In this document: positions 43,059-54,788 of the stretch, piece after piece
Layout of the letters: each line of letters begins with the position of its first letter
Numbering within the stretch: the stretch's first letter is position 1
Origin: Dictyostelium discoideum
Lineage: Eukaryota
Length of the DNA: 64,000 nt
Direction: 5' to 3'
NCBI GenBank assembly: GCA_000004695.1
Contig: CM000153.2
Coordinates: forward strand, 1,056,001 to 1,120,000
The notes under the pieces: model-generated
What the model saw: the letters and a program-made list of their open reading frames with translations, nothing else
Databases searched by the model: none
Told to the model about the DNA's origin: nothing
Made by a program: the position numbers and the translations under genes

Positions 43059-46000
43059 ATGAAATCAAATTTTTTATTTAATTTCTTTTTACTATTATTT
43101 TTTATTAATATCCTAAAATTTGGTATTGTAAAATCAAGTAATTTGATATGTTTAAATAGTATTTCAACAAAATTGGCAGGAAGCACAATTTCAGATTATT
43201 GCACTAATGAATTAACAGTAAATTTATATTCATTTTCATATAGCACAGTATGTAATGGAACAACTCTAACTCAACTGTATGTAGAGTTCATTCTTTTTTT
43301 TTTAATTTTCTAAAAAAATTAATACTAATTATTTTTAACTTCTTTTTTATAGAACTCTTAGTACCATTTTATACAATAATAAAAGTTTGTCATATACTGA
43401 ATTAAATTGTTTTGAAACAACATTAGAATCACTGTAAAATACCAAAATTATATTATATTATTACAATTTTTTTTATTTTTTTTATTATTATTATTATTTT
43501 TTATATTAATATGATGATGATTTTTTTTTTTTTTTTTTTAATTTTTAGAATTTTAAATAGTATTTTAATACATGAAGATTCCTTTGGAGTTGAAAACCAA
43601 CCAGCAATTGCTGATACAATTACTTTAAGTAATGTTACATTCATAGGTAATTAATTTATAATAATAATTTTTTAATTTTTTTAATATTTCTCGAAAATAA
43701 TATTAATTCATAATTAAATAGATGGAAGATTTACATCTCTTGGAAATTCTTTACCATTTAATACAAGCACTTTAAACATTTTTAATCTTGGAACATCAAA
43801 TTTACTCTTTATTGATTTTTTAGCTATTAAAAACCTAAAAACATAGTTTGTATAATTAGTGATATTAAAATTAAATATTATTTTTTTTTTTTATTAATTT
43901 TTTTTTTTTTTTTTTTTAAAAATTTGAAAAAAGCTATACAATTAATTTTAATTCTTTAGAACCTTATCCAACATATACCAATAGTTTAACTAGCCCAGAC
44001 TTTAAAATGGAAAAAATGTAGGTACTTTTATTATAAATTAAAAAAAAAAAAAAAAATTCTAATATTATATATAAACAGAACAATGGCTTTATCAAACATT
44101 CCTTCTTTTTTAAATGTTGTAGTTGACTATCTAGAATTGCTATTAGTTGGAACATCATTTTCTTCATCACAATTATCAAATTTAGGAACAATGACTCATG
44201 TTTCAGCTTTGGCTTTTAAATCGAATTCTGCTATTGAATATCCAACAGAGTTAGGTTCAGCAAATAACAGCATTACTACTTTAACGTTGACAACACCACT
44301 TCTTGCATATGCTAATTATGCTCTCCCTCCAAACCTTGCCCTGCTTTATGTTAGTGCAGGTTCAAATTTCAATTTTAACAAAAGGCTCCCATTCAGTGTA
44401 TTCCCGTCTTCTTTAAAATCTATATTTATTGGAGCTATTGGTATTGATTCTTTTAGTCAGGTCCTTCCTCAAACAATTGAAGCTATGTAAGTATTATTTT
44501 TATATATATTATTATTTTTACCATTATTAGAATAAAAAATATTAATTGTAGAAAATTTCAATCAATTCAAATAGAACAATTTCAAATAATCCTATGGGAC
44601 CAAGAAATTTACCAAGTTTTGAGCATTACACAAACTAACTCAACTTACCCTAACAGGATGTGGATTTACTGGAACAATTCCAGAATCATATTGTTTATTT
44701 GATTGTGTGTTAAGTTCAAATAATTTAAATGGTACATTACCTCAATGTAAGATTTGTCATGCTGAAGAAAATTATGGTAAATTTGAAAGTAATCCAAATT
44801 TAACTCAAGGAATATGTTGTAAGTATAGTAATTTAAAAATTAAAAACTAAATGGTAATTCTAATTATAAACTTTATTAGATCCAGGATCAATCGTTCCAA
44901 ATTTAGATTATAATAATATTACCAAGAGTTTAGAATTATATGGAACCAATTTAGGTTTACATGGTCCATTAATAAAAGAAACAAATCAAACATTTGCAGT
45001 TAATCTTCCACAATCTTCATTCAAATTAAATTGGAATGAAGTTGTTTATGGTACAATTCCTAATACAATTGATATAAAAATTTCAACAAAATACTATACA
45101 TTGGCAACTAAATATTTAAAACCAACAATTTTTGAAATTACAAGGTCTGGTAATACCTTTACATTCAAAGGAAAAAACTTTTCTTACAATATCAGTGTTA
45201 TTGAAATTAAAATTTTAGATATTGAATGTCCAATAAGTTATAGTGAATTTACTATTATTAATTGTAAATCTAATAAAACTCAATTGGGTAATTCAATCCA
45301 AGGAACAATTCAAAATAAAATGTCTACTGAAATTATTCCATTTTATCTAAATACAAATGATAATTCAACATCAATACAATGTAGTACTGATTGTAATGAA
45401 CCTTTAGGTAATGGAAAATGTAACATCGCAAATGGAATTTGTAAATGTATCAATGAATTTATTGGTAATGATTGCTCTATACCAAATCAATACATTTCAT
45501 CAGTATCATCAGTATCAACAAGTGGTGGTGTTGTAAATATCTGGGGTTGGTTTGGTACATTACATTCAGGATTATCAATTATGATTGGTCAACAAGTTTG
45601 TCAACATGATATTAATTCAATTACTAGTAGTTTTATAAATTGTACAGTTGGTGCTGGTAGTGGTACACAATCAATTACTCTCACTCAAAATGGTATTACA
45701 TATACTGGTATTAATATGTTCCATTATACTGAATTAACATATAGATGTCCAAAAGATTGTTCAAATAATGGTAAATGTAATACAAATACAGGTCAATGTA
45801 AATGTAATAGTGGATGGGGTGGTTATGATTGTAATTCAAAATCATCAACTGATGGTGGAACTACAACAACAATATCATCATCATCATCAACCACAGGTAC
45901 AACTCAAACACCAACACCAACAAAGGAAATTCCAAAATCAAATACAACCATTAATGGAACTGATGGTTTAACTGTTTTGAATAATCAACAAACAACATAT

Positions 46001-46810
46001 GAAATTTCAATTGTATCATTAATTGAAACTGATTTTTCAAATAATATTGTGAATACATATAACTTATCAAAGAAATGGACACCTGTAAACCATACCAATA
46101 TAAATATCTATAAATTTACTCAAACAATTCAAGAATCATGTATTATCACATACACTATTGAAGAAGTTAAAACAGCAAGAGAATATCGATGGGCAGGTTT
46201 AGATTTAACATTGGATAAAGATTCAATCAAAATTTCAGTCTCAATTAAAAATTACACTTTTAATAGTGTTTTAAATAATCTTCAATTAAGATTTGAATCA
46301 TTAGTAGGTGATAATAATAGAAATACTCAAGATAATAATGAATGTAATAATAGAGATACTCAAGTTGATACAAGTGAAATCGATAAGAATCAATTACTAA
46401 ACTATTTAACAATATCAAGAAATCAAAAAGTTTTATATGGTCGTTTCATTAATAGAGTTATTAGTGATTCAAGACAAACTTTTATAACAACCTCTGTAAT
46501 TCCAAATAATAATAATAATAATAAACAATCAGTGATCATTGGATTAAACCTCCCACATTGTAAAAATGAATGTTTAATTGATCCTGATTTCTCTGTTTTG
46601 GTTTCATCATCTTATCAAGAATGTTCAAGTGATTTAAATAATGGTGGTCGTGCCAGTTGGGTATTACCTGTTGCTATCGTTGTACCTTGTGTTGCTGTAG
46701 TTTTAATAGCAATTATTGTTGCAATTTTATACAGAAAGAATCGTTTGGCATTTTTAATTGCAAAAAGTAAAATTAATGATATTAGATTATCAAAGAAAGA
46801 ATTAAAATAA
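43059..46810 (+). pseudogene. Paralog B of the same family; 3' terminal exon (about 44881-46810) intact and nearly identical to paralog C, but 5' exons carry an in-frame TAG, a splice-phase inconsistency and a 1-nt frameshift. Likely pseudogene, or sequencing errors
   Basis: Exons approx 43059-43276 (MKSNFLFNFFLLLFFINILKFGIVKS...), 43353-43433, 43549-43646, 43721-43848, 43960-44017, ~44077-44487, ~44555-44828, 44881-46810. Exon 4 reads ...FIDFLAIKNLKT-TAG (TAG at about 43843-45) where paralog C has ...FVDFYSIKYLTYL. Exons 4 and 5 cannot be joined in frame. In exon 7 the homologous frame runs NLPSFEHYTN-TAA, then resumes in another frame as KLTQLTLTGCGFTGTIPESYC; one A is missing from an A-run near 44630. 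The terminal exon encodes IPT, two EGF modules, stalk, TM (WVLPVAIVVPCVAVVLIAIIVAILY) and tail RKNRLAFLIAKSKINDIRLSKKELK. Confidence 0.45.
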
Positions 46811-46968
46811 TTAAATGTGACATATACGCTTTTTGAGTGCCATTCGAATAAAAAAATAAATTCGAATAAAAAAATAAATTTGAAAAAAAAAAAATCATTT
46901 TCTAAAAACACTTCGCTAAAAATAAAAAACATGCGGTTTTTCTTGAAATATAAATATCTAGGTAAACA

Positions 46969-47004
<36 letters not shown>

Positions 47005-47071
47005 TTTTTTTTTTTTTTTATCACTGCAAAGAAAAATAAAAATAAAAAAATATTAAGATAATTAAAATAAA

Positions 47072-48871
47072 ATGAAATCAATTTTTTATTATTTTTATTT
47101 ATTGATTTTTATTGTCTCACTCAAGTTAACCATTGTTAAGTCAACAGATGAAATATGCTTAAATAATTTATTAATTAGTTTCTTTGGAGAAAAAACTAAT
47201 CAGTATTGCACAGGTGGCGATATAATAAATTCTACTGGGAATTTATCTTCTATAAGTGTTGTTTGTAATGCACAATATAATATTGTGGAATTGTAGGTTA
47301 ATTATAATATTAAAAAAAAAAAAAAAAAATAATAATAATAACGATTAAAATAATTTAGAAAACTTTTTAATAATATTTATTTTTGTATAGATATATTGAA
47401 AATAATGGTGTACTTGTTACAAAAAGTTTAAATTACAATGATTTTAATTGTTTTTCAGGTTCTCTTAATACTTTGTAAGAAAATGAATTAAATATATTTA
47501 TTTTTTATTATTATAAAATGATTTAATGATTAACCTTTTATTATTATCATTTAATTTAGAAAAATCAATGGTTTACCTATATCAGCTGATGCATTTGGAA
47601 CTGATATGCAAACAAAGGTTGCACAACGTATAGAATTAACCGATTGCACATTCCCAGGTTGGTATTTATAATTAGTATTATTAATTCAAATCACCCACAA
47701 AATTATTAATTAATATTTAAATTTTAAAACTAGATGGTAGATTTTCCTCAGTTGGAAATGCTTTAGCAAATACTACTAAATATATTTCAATTAAAATCAA
47801 TGATAATTCCAATTTAAATTTTGTAGATTTCTATTCAATCAAATACCTTACTTATTTGTATGTTTTGATATTATTATAATACTTTTATTATTTTATAATG
47901 ATGCTAACTCTAATTAAAAAAAAAAACAAAAAAATAGTCATGTAACTCTTAATAATTCAAATGTTGAGCCTCCAACCTTTTCTAATACTCTTCAAACTAG
48001 TGATAAGCCTTCTCTTTCAGAAGTGTATGTTTTTTTTAAAAAAAAAAGAAAAAAAAAAAAAACTATAAATAATAATAAAATACTAATATTAAATTTAATA
48101 GGAATTTACCTTTAAAAAATATTCCATCATTTACGTATCTTTTGATAAACTCACTCTCAATAAGTTTGGTTGGAAATTCATTCACTGAAGCCGAATTATT
48201 AAATTTAGGTACATTAAATGTTACTTATTTAGCATTAAAAAAAGAAAACCTTGCAATGGATTATCCAAATTCAATTTCAAGTATTACCAAAGTTATTGGT
48301 CTAACTGTATATGGTTCTTTTACAGCAAGAGCCAGTGGTTATTCTCTCCCACCTAATTTAAATAATCTAGTACTTGCACCAGATGTAAGTTTCAATTTTA
48401 ATGGTAAATTTCCATTCCTTGGTACATTACCACTCAAATTGACCTCTATTTCTATTGGTTCAATAGGTCTTACAACATTTCCTGATAATTTTCCTCCAAA
48501 TATTGAAAAACTGTAATTATTATTATTATTATTTTTATTATTATTTAATATTATTATTTATTTATTTTTACTATTTTGAATAATTTGATTTTTAATACTT
48601 TAAAATAGATCTTTAAATTATAACAAAATGGATCCACAAACAAATTTACCAGATCTTTCATCTTTTTCTAAATTAAAAGAAGTTTTATTAATATCAAATC
48701 AATTCACAGGTCCAATACCCAATTCTTATTGTTTATTCAAGGTCTCATTAAATTCAAATAATTTAACTGGTGATTGGCCTCAATGTTTAATTTGTTTCCC
48801 ATATTATAATGTAAATAATTTGAACGGCAATCCATTTTTAAATAGGGGAACTTGCAGTATGTTTTATTATT

Positions 48872-48936
<65 letters not shown>

Positions 48937-50881
48937 CTAATTACTTTTCAAACTTTTAGATCCAGGATCAGGGGTTCCAAATTTAGAATATGAAAGTAGT
49001 TCAAAATATTTTGAACTTTATGGAGAAAACCTTGGTTTGGCTCCCCCAACCATTGAAAATCAAGCATTTAAAGATATAATCATACCAAATTCAAGATTTG
49101 GATATAGTTGGAATGAAGGGCTATTAGGACCAGTTCCAGATATAGTAAAAGTAAATATCTCTTCAAAAATCTATTTGATGGCTACCAAATATTTAACACC
49201 TCAAATAAGTACCATTACAAAAGCTGGTAATGATTTCACTTTTAGAGGTATTAATTTTTCTTATAACAAAAACCAATTTACTATAAAAATTGCTGGTGTT
49301 GATTGTGTAATAAGTTATATTGAATATGGTATTATAAATTGTAGTAATATCGATTCCGTTCCGTTAGGTCATTATGTTCCAGGTACATTGGAAAGTCAAA
49401 AATCAACAGAAATCATTACATTCTACATTAATACAATTGATAATAAAACATCTGACATTATTAAATGTAATTCTGATTGTAATGAACCTTTAGGTAATGG
49501 AAAATGTAATACTACCAATGGAATTTGTGAATGCACTCAACAATATACCAGTGATGATTGTAGTTTACCAAATCAATTCATTACATCAGTATCATCAGTA
49601 CCAACAAACGGTGGTGTTGTTGATATCTGGGGTTGGTTTGGTACAATACATTCAGGTTTATCAATTATGATTGGTCAACAAGTTTGTCAACATGATGTTA
49701 ATTCAATTACTAGTAGTTTTATAAATTGTACAGTTGGTGCTGGTAGTGGTACACAATCAATTACTCTCACTCAAAATGGTATTACATATACTGGTAATAA
49801 TATGTTCCATTATACTGAATTAACATATAGTTGTCCAAAAGATTGTTCAAATAATGGTAAATGTAATACAAATACAGGTCAATGTAAATGTAATAGTGGA
49901 TGGGGTGGTTATGATTGTAATTCAAAATCATCAACTGGTGGCGAAACTACATCAACATCATCAACCACAGGTACAACTACACCAACCTCATCACCAGTAA
50001 TTGAAATTCCAAAAACAAATACAACCATTAATGGAACTGATGGTTCAACTGTTTTGAATAATCAACAAACAACATATGAAATTTCAATTTTATCATTAAT
50101 TGAAACTGATTTTTCAAATAATATTGTGAATACATATAACTTGTCAAAGAAATGGGATCCTGTAAATATTACATCAAATAATATCTATAAATTTACCCAA
50201 ACAATTCAAGAATCATGTATTATCACATACACTATTGAAGAAGTTAAAACAGCAAGAGAATATCGATGGGCAGGTTTAGATTTAACATTGGATAAAGATT
50301 CAATCAAAATTTCAGTCTCAATTAAAAATTACACTTTTAATAGTGTTTTAAATAATCTTCAATTAAGATTTGAATCATTAGTAGGTGATAATAATAGAAA
50401 TACTCAAGATAATAATGAATGTAATAATAGAGATACTCAAGTTGATACAAGTGAAATCGATAAAAATCAATTATTAAATTATGTAACAATATCAAGAAAT
50501 CAAAAAGTTTTATATGGTCGTTTCATTAATAGAGTTATTAGTGACTCAAGACAAACTTTTATAACAACCTCTGTAATTCCAAATAATAATAATAATAATA
50601 AACAATCAGTGGTCATTGGATTAAATCTTCCACATTGTACACATGAATGTTTAATTGATCCTGATTTCTCTGTTTTGGTTTCATCATCTTATCAAGAATG
50701 TTCAAGTGATTTAAATAATGGTGGTCGTGCCAGTTGGGTATTACCTGTTGCTATCGTTGTACCTTGTGTTGCTGTTGTTTTAATCATTATCATTGGTTTT
50801 ATTTTATTTAAAAAGAATCGTTTGGCATTTTTAGTCGCCAAAAATAAGATGAAAGGTCTCAAATTAAAAGGATTATCATAA
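47072..50881 (+). CDS. Paralog C of the same family, apparently intact (about 1064 aa); 8 exons approx 47072-47292, 47391-47474, 47560-47657, 47724-47847, 47938-48024, 48102-48512, 48609-48856, 48960-50881
   Basis: All junctions are phase-consistent: MKSIFYYFYLLIFIVSLKLTIVKS...NIVEL / YIENNGVLVTKSLNYNDFNCFSGSLNTL / KINGLPISADAFGTDMQTKVAQRIELTDCTFPG / DGRFSSVGNALANTTKYISIKINDNSNLNFVDFYSIKYLTYL / FHVTLNNSNVEPPTFSNTLQTSDKPSLSEV / VNLPLKNIPSFTYLLINSLSISLVGNSFTEAELLNLG...NIEKL / SLNYNKMDPQTNLPDLSSFSKLKEVLLISNQFTGPIPNSYC...NRGTC / NPGSGVPNLEYESS... Then IPT (ATKYLTPQISTITKAGNDFTFRGINFSYNKNQFTIKIAGVDCVISYIEYGIINC), EGF (CNSDCNEPLGNGKCNTTNGICECTQQYTSDDCS), second IPT, EGF (CPKDCSNNGKCNTNTGQCKCNSGWGGYDCN), stalk, TM WVLPVAIVVPCVAVVLIIIIGFILF, tail KKNRLAFLVAKNKMKGLKLKGLS. 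Confidence 0.75.
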
Positions 50882-51058
50882 TAACCAAAATGTGTTTGTC
50901 TATTTAATAAAATTTCACAATGTATTGTATTAAATCTTAAATAAACGAAAAATTTAAAAAAACACCTGAAAAAATTATTACCAATTTTATTTAACCTCTT
51001 TATTAAGTGCTGATCACACCAGAATTAATTTTGTTTTTAAATTATCTCTGGGCTTAAG

Positions 51059-51098
<40 letters not shown>

Positions 51099-51189
51099 TA
51101 ATACCTTTAAAAAATATTTAAATTTATTTTAATACAAATAAATAATAAAAAAAAAAAATTTTAATCAAAAAAAAATAAAATAAATAATA

Positions 51190-51258
51190 TAAGTAAAATA
51201 AAACAAAATAAAACAAAATAAAATAAAATAAAATAAAATAAAATAAAATAAAATATTT
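51190..51258. repeat. (AAAAT)n/(AAAAC)n pentanucleotide repeat, intergenic
   Basis: aaaacaaaataaaacaaaataaaataaaataaaataaaataaaataaaat read directly. Confidence 0.85.
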
Positions 51259-51531
51259 ATATAAATAATTTAAAATACTAGCCTAATTATTAAAAAAAAA
51301 AAAAAAAATTGGTTGCTAAAAGTAAAATCAATGTCTCAAACTAAAAGATTAAAAAAAAAAACACCTAAAATTACAATTTTAAATTTGAAAGATATTTATA
51401 AATAGCTATTTCAGTTTTTTATGCGAAAGTAATTAAAAAAAAAAAACAAAAAATAAAAAATAAAAAATAAAAAAAAAATAAATTTTTGGGAAAAAAAAAA
51501 AAAAAAAAAAAAAAAACGGAGCCGAGGGGGG

Positions 51532-51564
<33 letters not shown>

Positions 51565-51654
51565 ACATCAAATATTGTAAATAGTAAATAAAGGTAATAA
51601 CAACAATAATAATAATAAACAGTTTAATAAATAAGAAAATAATAAAGATATAAA

Positions 51655-53115
<1,461 letters not shown>

Positions 53116-53468
53116 ACAAATAAAAAAAAAAAAAAAATAAAAAATAAATAAAAAAAAATAAAAAAAAAAAATAAATAATAATAAAAAAAAAAAAATGTAT
53201 AAAAAAAAAAAATATGGATTTATATTTTGCAACAATAAAGTAAATCAACCTTTTTTTTTATTTTTATACCCAGTGTAATACGTGTAAAAAAAAAAAAAAA
53301 AAAGAAATAAAAGAAAAAAAAAGAAAGAAAAGGTTGTTTTTTTTGGTTGTTTTTTTTTTTATAAAAATATTATTTACAAAATATTTGTTTGATTTTTATT
53401 TTATTTATTATATATTATTTGCTTTTTTTATTTTTTTATTTTTTTTATTTTTTGTTAAAAAATAATAT

Positions 53469-54788
53469 TTAAGCAAAGAATAATTTTTGATTATTATTAC
53501 AATTATTTTTTGGGGTTTGAGCTGGAATTGGTGAGTTTGATCTTGAAACATCAGTTGATTGTGATGGTGAAGATGGAATTTGTTGAGATGGTGAAGATGG
53601 TTCGCTATAATTATTTATATTAAATGATAATTTATTTGAAACTGGAAATGGTGAAAATGGAAGAGTGATTCTAAAAGATTCTTTTTCTTTCTCTAAAATA
53701 TTTAATCTATTTTCATATTGAGATAATTTCAATTGAATTGAAACTAAAATTTCTTTTGTTAAACTTTGATCATTTTTCAATGATGGTAATAATTTAAATA
53801 ATTTTTTAGTTTCATTTCTAATTGATTGAATTTCTTTTCCAAAAATATTATCAATTGATTCTAATTCTGGTGTAGATTGATCATTTGTTGTTGTTGTTGT
53901 TGATGATGAAGATGATAATGATGGTGATGAAATTGGTGTAAATAATGGTGTTTTTAATTTTTTATTATTATTATTATCGCTAAAATTATTATTATTATTA
54001 TTATTATTATTATTTGATTCATCTTCAAATGATCTTTTCTTTTTCCATTGATTACTATTAATTATTGGTGATGATTCAGCTGAGGAAGATGAAATTTTAT
54101 TTTCATTTATAACCCATGGATCAACTATATTTCTTAATTTCCAAAAACCATTTTGTTTTAATTTTTCTAAACCGCTTTCAAAAACATTCTTGCTATGACT
54201 TAACATATCTTGAATTTGTTTTCTCCAATTATCTGTTCTTTTTCTATTTATACATAATCTTTCCCAATGAGAAGTCATAAATTCATATACTTCTGTCTTT
54301 AATGAAAAATATTGTTTTTCTGGATATTCATTATGGAGTGTAAAAAATACAACTCTCATAATTGAACTCCATGTTGGGGTTTTTAATAAAAGTGCTGGTT
54401 GACCACGTTCACATAATTCACATTTTTTCAATGAACAATATTGTGGAAATTGTGGTACTGATGATGATTCAACGCTAGATGATGATGGTGATGATACTAT
54501 TTGTTTTTGTGGTAATGATAATAATTCAACGCTTGCGATTTGTGGTGACAATGTTGGAACGTCATATTCAACATTATTTATAATATTATTATTATTATTA
54601 TTATTTATATTATTATTAATTAAAATTTCATCTTTTTTATTTTGATTATTATTAAAAAATTTATTTGTATATGGCAATCTGTTTGTAAGTGGGATTGGAA
54701 TATTTGCGTTATTATTAAAAAATATAAAATTATTATTATTTATTAAAAAATCTGGGGTTGCGTTATTATTAAAAGTTGATGAAATCAT
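53469..54788 (-). CDS. Asn/Ser-rich hypothetical protein (439 aa) with one conserved-looking globular region
   Basis: Single ORF MISSTFNNNATPDFLINNNN... Its non-repetitive core is ...CSLKKCELCERGQPALLLKTPTWSSIMRVVFFTLHNEYPEKQYFSLKTEVYEFMTSHWERLCINRKRTDNWRKQIQDMLSHSKNVFESGLEKLKQNGFWKLRNIVDPWVI... It is flanked by poly-N, poly-S and a C-terminal coiled-coil-like stretch (SIRNETKKLFKLLPSLKNDQSLTKEILVSIQLKLSQYENRLNILEKEKE). I do not recognise the domain. Confidence 0.5.
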   Translation of the reverse strand: MISSTFNNNATPDFLINNNNFIFFNNNANIPIPLTNRLPYTNKFFNNNQNKKDEILINNNINNNNNNNIINNVEYDVPTLSPQIASVELLSLPQKQIVSSPSSSSVESSSVPQFPQYCSLKKCELCERGQPALLLKTPTWSSIMRVVFFTLHNEYPEKQYFSLKTEVYEFMTSHWERLCINRKRTDNWRKQIQDMLSHSKNVFESGLEKLKQNGFWKLRNIVDPWVINENKISSSSAESSPIINSNQWKKKRSFEDESNNNNNNNNNNFSDNNNNKKLKTPLFTPISSPSLSSSSSTTTTTNDQSTPELESIDNIFGKEIQSIRNETKKLFKLLPSLKNDQSLTKEILVSIQLKLSQYENRLNILEKEKESFRITLPFSPFPVSNKLSFNINNYSEPSSPSQQIPSSPSQSTDVSRSNSPIPAQTPKNNCNNNQKLFFA

